NCBI GenBank assembly: GCA_030141605.1
Contig: JAQGDQ010000587.1
Location: forward strand, 62,001 to 126,000
DNA length: 64,000 bases
Direction of reading: 5' to 3'
Source of the DNA: Tubiluchus corallicola
Taxonomy: Eukaryota; Animalia; Priapulida
Made by a program: the position numbers and the translations under genes. Each line of letters begins with the position of its first letter. Positions within the stretch are counted from its first letter, which is position 1. The notes beneath the pieces were generated by a model. It saw only the letters and a program-made list of their open reading frames with translations, was not told the origin of the DNA and searched no databases. Shown here one piece after another: positions 1-10,420 of this stretch.

Positions 1-278
1 TCTGGAACCATCTTCGGAATTGCTCCAGTTGCAGCTGTTGGGGTGGCTCCATGTGCTGGGGTAGCTGGAATATGTAGTTGCTGCTCATAGTCCGGTTCCT
101 CGTCGTCTGAGTCCTTAGAACCATGGTCCATAATGGTCACTCCTTGCTTTGATGAGTCCTTGTTTGGTTGTATTGGCTGGAATAATTGTCCAGTCCTTAT
201 GTCATGACCTTTAGGTTCACCCTCCCACGGCGGCGTATAAAGAATAGTCTTGTCGCTTGTGGTTGTTGTGGTGGCCAT
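1..278 (-). CDS. 5' part of a putative gag-like ORF of an LTR retrotransposon (runs off the window edge)
   Basis: ATG at 278 (minus), 92 open codons to the edge: MATTTTTSDKTILYTPPWEGEPKGHDIRTGQLFQPIQPNKDSSKQGVTIMDHGSKDSDDEEPDYEQQLHIPATPAHGATPTAATGAIPKMVP. It lies ~270 nt downstream of a PBS and LTR. It is absent from the ORF track, presumably because it has no stop. Gag identity is inferred from position only. Confidence 0.6.
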   Translation of the reverse strand, partial: MATTTTTSDKTILYTPPWEGEPKGHDIRTGQLFQPIQPNKDSSKQGVTIMDHGSKDSDDEEPDYEQQLHIPATPAHGATPTAATGAIPKMVP

Positions 279-544
279 ACTCAAACAAGGTTAACTTGCA
301 GTCGTCTGGATTCCAAATTAGAAGCACCAATACTGTCCATATATTTAGCACTCAGTATAAACAGGAACAGAGTAACTGTATCACTTGGTTTGCAGGCTTA
401 TACCAAGCAAACTGATTTCTTTTCCAAGCAGAGCAACTGTATCACCTGGTTTGTAGCTTTGTAGATATCAAACTGATTTTTTTCCTTTCAAATAAAGTCC
501 TAGCATAATTCCCTTGGTTCTATAAACTTGTACAAAATGAAGAA

Positions 545-555
545 TTTCGGCACCA
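545..555 (-). promoter_or_regulatory. Primer-binding site complementary to the tRNA-Phe 3' end
   Basis: Minus strand reads ...TTCACA|TGGTGCCGAAA, an 11-nt complement of metazoan tRNA-Phe(GAA) ...UUUCGGCACCA, directly abutting an LTR-type CA end. Confidence 0.75.
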
Positions 556-1470
556 TGTGAAAAATGTCTAAAGGTAACATAGCTAAGACATCAGTATATT
601 GCAGAACACAGGTGAGTTTATTTATACAAATCAGTTAGTCATACAAATTATCCACAGCACATGTTGATTCTATGCTCTCTGACAGCCAACTGCCCAGGTA
701 AGTTTTCTATAAAGCAAGGAAGCCAGCAATTCTATGAAGGGTAAATGTTATGCATACTACATAGTTCAAGGATAAAAGTTTAGACTGTATATTAAGAAAT
801 AGACTTATTTTACAGCTGAAATTTCTTGTGTGGGATTTTTAATGTTTTAACCAGAGACTACAATAATATGACATAATGAACAAAAATAATGACATATGAC
901 ATAATAATAAAAAATAATGACATATGACATCGTGAACTTCACGACACCATCACCCACACTACTTCCACATTTTTTCTTTTGTAAAACAATCATTCTACCG
1001 CTATATTTCTCTCTTTCCATCGTCCATAATAGTTTTACGTTTCTCTCCGTCCAACGAACATACTACTTTCATATTTTTCTCTCCGTCCAACGACCTTACT
1101 ACTTTCATATTTTTCTCTCCGTCCAACGGCCATACTACTGCCACAGCATTCTCTGAGTTTATTTTCTACCTTTTTGTGCATTAGCGAGAATTACTGTGAG
1201 ATTATTAGATCACTCGTAAGCAATAAAACAAGAACCAATGCTGCTGCGTTGACTGAATCCCATTTAATAATAGATCAGTCAATCTTGCGTCTGTTGACAG
1301 ACCAATGATGTGCAATACATCAAACAAGAGACAGGAGGATATTGATTAAATAAGGCTCTTCTCTTGATCACTACATGATTATCATTGAAGATTTAATTTT
1401 GCTTGTAACAGCCATTCCTTGACACAGAGACATACTTTTAACCAGGCAAATGCATAAGGCCCAATTCACA
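556..1470 (-). mobile_element. Putative 5' LTR (~915 bp)
   Basis: Bounded by the 6-bp inverted termini TGTGAA (556) and TTCACA (1470). Minus-strand AATAAA at ~617-622. Internal tandem repeats at ~870-930 and ~1040-1140 (3 x ~36 bp). The distal boundary cannot be confirmed without the second LTR. Confidence 0.55.
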
Positions 1471-2075
1471 ATGAGGACGTAAAGTAAAATTACGGACTGA
1501 ACTGATGTCAGAAAATCAGAAAACATTTAGAGAAAATTTCCGTTTTTTTCTCGAAATCCTATGCAGCAAGAATTTTCACTTCACGGTGAAACCGCGCAGT
1601 TTTTTTCCGCGCGTCCAGTTTGCTGCAATTACTTTGTGAGTTTTATTCTGTATAATCACGTCTAAATTAAGTTATACTTGCCGTATTTCTTATATACAAA
1701 GTATAGTTAATAATGTTAGTCAATGTAATGTTTGTTCTTTTTTACTGAAGTTCTACTAACCACTTCAAAATTTTAAAAATATACATGTAAAAATAACTAT
1801 ATATGTGTATTATATTATTCTTTTTACGAGTATAGCCACCGATGTTGCATTAATAAAATATAAAATCGTCAGTCTGTTAAAAGAAAGATTAAATCTTAGA
1901 ATTTTACGCTGAAATATGTTAACTGTTGTTCGTTAAATAAGAAAGAAGTAATTGAGTAGTTAAATTTAAGACTCAGTTCCGCAAGGATTCCTCAAGAAAA
2001 TGGAACATGCAGTATTTCTACCAGTATTCTCACGAGGAGAACGCATAGCTTCTAGCCAAGCCATAACCAAATGAC

Positions 2076-2565
2076 GTTAAACCCAAGAAACAGCTTTTAC
2101 TTAAAAAAAACTAAAAAAATGTCTTGAACTTTTATATCATCTGTATACTGTCCTGTTGCATCCAGAGCTTGCCTTAGCAGTAACGCTGTATAACACTTGT
2201 AAATTAAACTCCCGCGATGACCGTTAGGCGCAACCATTTTAACGGTAAGTCGTTTGAAACAAGTTTAGACAACATTGAGTAAAGTTCGAAAAAATAATCA
2301 GACCATTTGTAGCGCACTCTTCATTAACTAAGTTTATACTTTATATGTCAATAAGGTTAATAATACGTTTTTGGTGAGTCAGCGGTGCACACTGGGAAGG
2401 TAAGTAAGTGACATTTTACCAGGTAGCGCGAACATTATAAGTTACAAAAAAATTTTCATTGTACTTACACATGTCTTACAAACAGCTACGCTTAATGTCA
2501 AGTAATATAACTTTATGTGGAACATTTTAGGGACATAGCATCCCTAGAATCCCTTTTCTTCCTCT
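2076..2565 (+). mobile_element. Non-autonomous DNA transposon family D (Kolobok-like)
   Basis: Core GCAGTAACGCTGTATAA..GATGACCGTTA..GCCATTTT..GTTTGAAACAAGTTTAGA shared with copies at 24.0, 34.0, 40.8, 47.8, 55.8 and 57.1 kb. Ends CCCTTTTCTTCCTCT-TTAA. Confidence 0.65.
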
Positions 2566-3409
2566 TTAAACAATTGTCAAGCTTAAAAATCGACGTCACA
2601 CTTAGATATGAAATGACTCTAATCACTGTTTGCTTAGAAGACAAAAACAGACTAATGTTACATTACCGTTAATGTTGCGCTTCCGGGCACAGCTAACCGA
2701 TAAAATCGCACAGAAATTTAACAAGAGAGGAAGCGTATTCATAATCATAGCGTTATACTGAACACAGAGTATACACTCTAAGTCAAACAAGACATTTTTC
2801 ATGGAAATATTTAAAAGACATCTTCTTCTGCTCTTTCTGCAAGCACCGAGAACAACTAAAGTTGAACAACTAGCAAACTAGAATCCAACATGTGCATTTC
2901 CTAGTATATTACTTTTTTGTAATATAAAAGTTACAGTAAATTTTAATTTTTCTCAGATGTTAAATAGATCATATTGTAAGTTGTTTCGATTTACCACCCC
3001 GAAGAAGTTATCGTAATCCTACAAATTATCTGCACGCTAAAGGCGCCGCTGTTTGTTAACGGGGAAAATTTACTAGGAACATGACAAAAAAAAACGCACA
3101 CGCGGGATTATAGTAGTACACGTGCAGTTGGTGTGGCGGTAGTGGATACAGTTTCAATATTTATTGACTGTAGCAAGCTCCGTGAGATGTTTCCTTGTAA
3201 ATCTATCTATTACAAGTAATTTTATAAGCTTCAGTAGTGCACTTCCGGCCCACCAGGGGCGCTGCTTGTGATGTGAATAAAAACTGTGTCAAAGTTAGCG
3301 CAGCTGTTTATGCATTACTGTAAGGTTCGTTTTCGACAAATACTGTAATTAGATGCCCTTCTAATAACAATCTTGATTTCAGTGCTACTTCACTCACAGG
3401 CTGTTTGCT

Positions 3410-3773
3410 CAGTGCAATCTTGACACCACGTCCTGACCGACTAGAGTTTTGAAATCTTGAGCCACTTGAACTTCGCAGAATACACTGTGATCTGACAATG
3501 TGATGAAATTTTACAACTCTCGTCGTGTTTTCTATATGCTGTTTTGTTTTTATTTATGATCATGTGAATTTTTCATTAGAATTGGCAACTATGTTTATTA
3601 TAATTGTACTCGCTGTTTTTCACTGTGTATAATGCGTGTAAATTTTTGTTACTAAGTATTAAAATATGTTCGTTATCTTTTATTATTTATGAATGTAATG
3701 TTGGATTATAATTTGTAACTATGTCTATTGTATATGATCGTTGTCGTTCAATGTGTCTCATGCGTTGGATTCT

Positions 3774-3811
<38 letters not shown>

Positions 3812-3903
3812 TAGGTTTAATACGTTGCAAATGCTTTTAGAAATTTTAACATGTCCCTACAAATAGAGGGAATGTATTCTGTACATAGTTTTTTAAAAAT
3901 AAA

Positions 3904-3945
<42 letters not shown>

Positions 3946-3958
3946 CAACAACAACAAC

Positions 3959-4042
<84 letters not shown>

Positions 4043-4310
4043 GTGTTATTCTATAATTCTATAATACATGAAGACAGTACTATAAACAAAGGTGTACATT
4101 TTACCAAAGCACCTTTATCTAATGTAATCAGGGGTCACCGGTTGAAGTTACAGCCCACTCACTGAAGACTTGATGGTTTTAAAACCTTTTTCTCAAACAG
4201 AATAATCAAAATCTGGAATTAACTCCCTGAGTCTGTCGGTGGTGCCCCCATGATGTGTGCTCAGAGTAGCACACTTTTTAAAAAACCGTTTAAAAGATGT
4301 AAATCTTAAT
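3410..4310 (+). mobile_element. Degenerate CR1-type LINE ORF2 3' end interrupted by an insertion (3503-4040)
   Basis: 3430-3502 translates PDRL..LEPLELRRIHCDLTM. 4041-4240 continues ..VIRGHRLKLQPTH..LDGFK.FFSNRIIKIWN*LPESV. These are characteristic CR1/L2 C-terminal motifs. Confidence 0.8.
3778..4040. repeat. (TA)n plus compound (AAT)n(AAC)n(TAT)n microsatellite
   Basis: Directly visible; source of the poly-N/poly-Y part of ORF 3851-4165. Confidence 0.95.
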
Positions 4311-4609
4311 AATCATTTCTCTTATAACAGACATATGTAGGTAACCTTGGCTCTGTGCTTTTATCGGTAATCGGTAATAAGCCACTTTATCTGTGAAATT
4401 TATATCGGTGCTGTATATACGTTTTTCATATCTTATGCTATCTTGTAACTATTTTTAATATTTTTTAACAAAGTTTACGTATTAAACTTAAACGAACTCT
4501 TGCACGCTTCAGACAGGAACTGCAAGAACGGTGCAACGTGCAGTTTGATGCAGTAGTCTTGCTGTCAAGCAGTCAAGTCAGATAAGATGCTCTTTCAATA
4601 GTTCATTAA

Positions 4610-5161
4610 AGGAAAGATTAAGCCTATTAAGCTTATTTCAATTTTAGATGGATTTAGTTTTAAAACGGTGATAAGCGCCTCGTGTAATTAGTAAAATAAT
4701 CAATTTAAAGTTGCGATCATTTGCGCGCTTCCATTTTGAACGCCTATTCTTCCGCCAGTGACGTCATTCATCTGCTGAAAAAAGCAGCGCAATGTCAGTT
4801 TACTTTAAAAGTGTAGTAAGTTTTTACAAAAAAATAGATAGCCAATACTGTGATATTTTTTGCATGAACGTTAGGTAAGTTGCAGAAGTTTGAATTAGTT
4901 TAAGCAGCGCGTGATAACAGAAAGCCTTACGAAAAGTCCCGAAATCCACCAGTTACGTCAAAACTTAGCATGAAAATTTTTATACAGTGGTAGTATAAAT
5001 AACTTTAAGCCTTATAAACAGTTTTTTTGCAAATTTCCTTATTACGTTTTCTGAATTTAAATGATAATCGCAGTAAAATAAACTCGAAAAGCCCAATATG
5101 CTAAGTGACTTGGCCTTTAGGACGGCCTTCGGAAAGCTTCCCAGAAGGCTAGACTTGTCCT
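4610..5161 (+). mobile_element. Non-autonomous Kolobok-like element family C, full length
   Basis: TTAA|AGGAAAGATTAAGCCT ... AGGCTAGACTTGTCCT|TTAA: imperfect ~16-bp TIR with TTAA on both sides. Homologous to 28373-28875 and 34620-34749. Confidence 0.8.
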
Positions 5162-5414
5162 TTAATTTTACTCAGTCGTAATTTTAATTACATTAAATTA
5201 CTTTATTAAATCGACGTCAATCAACGAGATATAAGATCAAAAATAAAATGTTTAATTCTAGTTACCAGGGTTTACTTAAATTTCATATATACTAAGTTTT
5301 CTATACAATTTTAAACAAATTCTGGAGTGCTCAATTTTACATCTGTGAGCACAAGTGAGACGTCACTAACTTTACTGTAATAATGAGAATTCGCATAATT
5401 GGAGACTTGAAGTT

Positions 5415-5672
5415 TATTTATTTATTATTATTCGTTTTTACTTATTTATTAATCTTCAGAGTGCAATACACGAGTGACAAGGCAGTTAAAAAGTGAAATA
5501 AAATAATAAAGAACTACTACAAAAACTAAAATAGCAACTTAGAAGTGTCTGTTAAAAAGTAAAAATTTGCTAAAATAAACATGACATAGCCGGTTTTTAA
5601 ATAATTTTCAGTTGCCAGGATTTACAGTTGGAGCATCATTCACATGTGGTGGTAGTTTATTCCATAAATCTA
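5415..5672 (-). mobile_element. CR1-type LINE extreme 3' end with 3'UTR and (TAAA)-like tail
   Basis: Minus strand DLWNKLPPHVNDAPTVN..LFKNRL, then an AT-rich UTR ending in AATAAATAAATAAAC. Confidence 0.65.
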
Positions 5673-6134
5673 ATATTTCATTTTATTTCATGCGTAGCCT
5701 TTACAAACTGTTAAACAGAAGAGAAAAATGGCGTGTCATCCATCTTAACCTTTCTAAAAACCAATTTGGAGCTGCATCGGACCAGGAAGAAAGAAAATTC
5801 CATGTCCGGGGTGAAAAATTCGATTCCAATACCGCCATTTTTCATCTAGCAGTCGAGAATGAAATATTTGCGCCTTCTTCTGCGGGATGCCACTTCTTCT
5901 CCTCAGCATCCCGGCGCACGACTGGCGAAGACAAATTTGTAAAACTATTGAGGGCCTCTGTGAAGCCATTGAAATCTTTGTAAAGATCTTTGTGTTCCGT
6001 AAACTGAAGCCTTTGTGAATTTGTGTAACTGATCCATTCATCCTGAAGTCTTTAAACCACAAATTCAATACGGTTTTTCTGCGCGCATCACACTTTGGCG
6101 AGCGCACAATACGGGAAATCTTTTTCGATATCTT

Positions 6135-6290
6135 TTTCAGACGGAATTTAATGTATATTCCATATCCTAAGTGTCAGGAGTTTCTTAATCTAAAGTCATT
6201 AGAGGAGAGGCGCGTTCAGAGAGATTTAGCTTAATGCTGCCAGTTTATTCATAGAGATGTTGATGTTGATTTTGATAAAAAAAAATTTAC
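6135..6290 (+). mobile_element. CR1-type LINE ORF2 fragment
   Basis: Translates FRRNLMYIPYPKCQEFLNLKSLEERRVQRDLA*CCQFIHRDVDVDFD, matching the L.L.SLE.RR..DL motif. Confidence 0.7.
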
Positions 6291-6425
6291 CCGTGTATCT
6301 TGCAAAAGAACAAGGCAAAATCATTTCTGAAGCTTCTCGTGCGTCAAACTGCTAAAGTATTGTGGCGGGTCGCAGGATTAAACCGTCACGGGCTTCATGA
6401 AAATGTAGTGTATTGAATGTAAAAT

Positions 6426-6634
6426 TGCCTAGGCCAATCAGAGCTCAGTTTTCTAGGCTAATTTTCTCGAGCGTGTAACCTGTTCTCGTAGATTCGAGGG
6501 CAGTGCGTTCTCGGCCATGTTCGGTTTCGGTTTCATTTTGTTTTTCTCTTCTTGGTTGCTGTTATTAAGTCAGTCGTGATTCAGTAATTTTTGGTTTCAC
6601 CCCTTGGTTTGCATTTCGACTCAACGCGTAAGTG
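6426..6634 (+). promoter_or_regulatory. Possible promoter and non-coding first exon (host or TE-derived)
   Basis: GGCCAATCAGA (NF-Y/CCAAT) at ~6431, locally CpG-rich, consensus donor C|GTAAGT at ~6628. Confidence 0.25.
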
Positions 6635-7711
6635 TCAGCTTTAAACTGTTGCTAAGTGTTTCATTTTACTGTTTTTCTTTCTTTTCTTTTTTTATAATTT
6701 TCCTTAATTATGTATCCTCGCTATCGTAGACGGCATCACAGTATCATTTGGTCAATTTTTCTTAAATCTAGTTTTAACTGATTTGGAATTCATTGTATAT
6801 GTTGACGGTGCACCCCTCTTAACTGCACATATTATTAAGTTATTTAAAAGCCGCTTATATAAAATTAACTTATATAAAGTTTTTGTACATAATAGACACA
6901 CGTAAGCAGTTAATCTATTTGTGTCTTTACCACACTCTTGTAAATACGGATTTTGCATGATTTTTGCCAACGCGTTTTATATAATTGTCTTCACTATAGA
7001 TTGTATTTTACTATTTGGGTGTGAAGAAAATAAAATAAAATTTTTTTTTATTTATCTGCAGAATGTTATGTAGATATAACCTGCACATAACCGTAACTAG
7101 ATGATGGATAATTATATAAAGAATATCTGTAAATCTGTCAGAGTTCCATATGGGTTATTTCAGTTCACAAAATTGCGCTTTTTTCCATTCTTTCAATGTG
7201 ACACAGCTTGTGTTACTTCCCCAGTAGTTAAGCAGCGCCATTCCTGGTTAGTAAACAGATGTGTTTGCACTAGCACTAGCAAAACTGAAAACCATTAAAT
7301 TTTCCAGAAAAGTCTATCTACAATATATCTACGCTTTCGGCTGTTTGCCTTGAGAATGGACATGCGACCAAACATGATTGTCACCTCTGTTGATTCACTG
7401 TCTCAGAGGCTTAGATAGAGCCCAGTCCTGCCACACCTATAAACATAAAAGGTAGACTCTGTCGACGAGCAGCTTACCGACCTACGCGCTGCATAAGACA
7501 ACCACAAAGCTGTCGGTTCAAAACCCTCTGTGCATTTTTTTCCAAATCGTTTCTTTTCGATCAATTCCAAGTTTACATTTTCCAGTAATTATAGACACGA
7601 CATTTCTCAAATCAATCAATCATCAAGTCTCATTAGTCAGAGCATCTCTTGCTTGTAAGAAATCTGGATCTCATAGAGAGAGGGTATTCTGGGTTAAAAC
7701 AGTCACGCCGG

Positions 7712-8020
7712 TATAGAAAAACTCTACCGCCCTCTCGGCATACTAGAGAAATGACTCAAAGCTGTTCAGTACTGGTGCCATGTAGATGTTTGGTAAAGTA
7801 CAGGTTGGTGCAGAAAAACCTTACCGTCCTCTCAGCATATTAGAAAAATGACTCAAAACTGTTCAATACTTGGTGCCGTGTAGATGTTCGGTAAAATACA
7901 GGTTGGCGCAGAAAAACCCTACGGTCCTCTCCGCATACTAGAGAAATGACTCAAAGCTGTTCAGTACTGGTGCCGTGTAGAAGTTCGGTAAAATACAGGT
8001 TGGCGCAGAAAACCCTACCG
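7712..8020. repeat. Tandem repeat, 3 x 97-98 bp
   Basis: CCTCTC(G/A/C)GCATA..GAAATGACTCAAAGCTGTTCAGTACTGGTGCC recurs at 7731, 7828 and 7926. Confidence 0.9.
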
Positions 8021-8689
8021 AATCGAAAAACTGGCTGGACAATTTTAATACTCTAATGAAAGGTCCCTACGCTGGCCAAGCTTCCTCTTTGTGTAACGTG
8101 TTTTACCTAAAGCAACGAAGTTTGGCTAACCATAAGACTGATGTTGAGAACTCCTTCGACAACCAAACTGAAATGTTTTGGTCATACTGGAACTTTCGGA
8201 TGCGCGTGCAAAGGCATAATCATTGCCTGACAACCGTTGCCGTCTGAAAACAAATGTGAACGCGACCGGCACTCGAAAAACTATGTTAACGCAATAATCC
8301 GTGTACCCGCCGGGAACACCGGGATCTAATGAAACAATCGCATTGTGGTACAGCCCGTGCCAGCTGTATGAATGTAGTTAAAACACAGCAGTGTACAGTC
8401 CCAAATGGCTTTATGTAGCTTAGCGGTTGTTGAAGCCATAAAACTGTCCTGTTGATTTGTTTGACTTGAAGATAAACGCTCGTAAAGATGAGGAAAACTA
8501 CAGCGTCATAAACCATGGAGTGATTAACGCTTTGTTTTAATAAATAATAAATCAATGGCAAATGATTCCCAGCTTCCAGGGAAAACAGTAATTTCCATGT
8601 GGTGGCGTGAAAAATGTGTTCTGAAAGATTTATGTTGCGCCATTATGAAGTCGTAAATTAATTGCTATTGCGTTTATTTTTAGCTCTCG

Positions 8690-9040
8690 GTCTGGTTTAG
8701 CTGCTGTTGGGCCTGTTTTAAACACTATTAGGCCTGGTTTAGCAACGGTTAGGCCTGTTCTTAGTTGCTATTAGGCCTAGGCAACTATTATATTCATTCT
8801 TTGCTGCCATTAGGCCTATTCTTAGCTGCTGTTGGGCCTGTTTTAAGCACCATTAGGCCTGGTTTAGCAACGGTTAGGCCTGTTCTTAGTTGCTATTAGG
8901 CCTGTTCTTAGTTGCTATTAGGCCTAGGCAGATATTATATTCATTCTTTGCAACCATTAGACCTATTCTTAGCTGCTGTCAGGCCTGTTTTTAGCCACTA
9001 TTAGGCCTAGTTATTAAATTCATACTTTGCAGCCATTAGG
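8690..9040. repeat. Degenerate ~20-22 bp minisatellite (TTAGGCCTGTT/TTAGCTGCTA) with a ~125-bp higher-order duplication
   Basis: Repeated AGGCCT-containing units are directly visible. Confidence 0.8.
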
Positions 9041-9412
9041 GGGATTACGGGAAGGTTAAATTCGTCCCCGAACTTTTGGGCTTTTAGAAAAAACACGTGG
9101 AATATTCCCGAATGATGACTTCATCAATCTGACAAAATTTTAACCTGATGAGTCAACTTCGGTGTTTGTTTAGTTTCCCACTAATCCAAAAATAAACACA
9201 TGCGGTTTTAGTTAGAAACAATAAAAATAGCATCAATACTCATTTTTGGAGGGCGATCTGTCAACAAGTTGCGCTGAATGTAAACAAGCAAATAAAATAG
9301 AATCGTGCCGACGGCAATCCCAAAAATCAGTTCCCTTACAGGATAAGAAAATGCTGTTCATAAGTAAAGCTTAAAGAATTCGTCATTTTACATATATATC
9401 AGTGGGAATTGA

Positions 9413-10020
9413 AGCAAAACCGAATCCATTCTTAAACTGTAGGTCAAAACAATCTACTTTTTAAAACATTCAAAGGAAACTTACTATTTTTCAAAAAGGA
9501 CTTACGTGAAAGAATCATTACCACACAAATACAATTTCACGCTCTCGCCACTACTTCTTCCCTGTTACGTGCATTTCGCCATTCGTCAGTAGACGGGCAC
9601 TAGCCCCTGCATTTCGGAAACAAAAAATAGGTTAAATACCTGTAACTTCAGATGCGTTACTTTCTGACGAGCTACACACGTTAGACAGCTCATGCGTGAG
9701 CACAGCGGTAAATTTGAAATTTGAATTTTTTTCTGAAAACTTGCCTAGTTTTAGTACAACACACTGAATATCTTACAGTAGCACTGTACATCAATTTTCG
9801 CTTTCGCAAGCACGTGCAAAACGTTCGTGGAATATTTTTGTTATTGAAAATTATATTAGTTTGTGATGTCATCAATAGTTGGCCTCGCCCGTTGTTAATT
9901 AAGTTTTTAATCTATTATTTAATTATCAGAAACGTTTTTGCAGTATTAATTCTATTAAAACGTATACTTTTTATCGGATCTGAAAATGGGGTAGTATATG
10001 AAAAACCGTCCTGTCTTCTT
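9413..10020 (+). mobile_element. Non-autonomous Kolobok-like family A, full length
   Basis: TTGA|AGCAAAACCGAA ... TCCTGTCTTCTT|TTGA. Collinear with 21237-21808 and 62040-62656. Confidence 0.85.
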
Positions 10021-10420
10021 TTGAAAAAAAACCTGGCGAAACGAGTTGGGCCATCGTTACTGCCGGGGGGGGGGGTTCGAGACATGCGTCGTTAACTTCC
10101 AATAGTTGATCCAAGGACGTGACGTAATCGTATGGAAGAAATGACGTCACAAAAATCTATTACAAAAAGCTATATTCACTAATTGACTAGAAAATCTTTA
10201 CTCGCTTTGCGTCTATAGGTGAATAATTAACGAGCAAAGTGAATAATTAATATGAAGATTTCGGATCGTGTTAGAAGATGTAAAAGGTTTAATAGCTTCT
10301 GAATTCAAAGGCAACTGAGCAACTGTTCCTTGCTTAATTACTAAGCCACATCCTTGATGACGAGAAGCTGATGAATTAATGAGTAATTAGCATCAAGAGA
10401 TAGTTCCCACAATTGGACTG

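Noticed and set aside
6403-7322. Possible solo LTR (TGTAG...CTACA)
   Set aside because: No matching TSD, PBS or PPT.
9721-10095. 124-aa ORF with similar ORFs at 21555 and 37748
   Set aside because: The similarity comes from family A MITE copies, and the frames are not conserved among copies.
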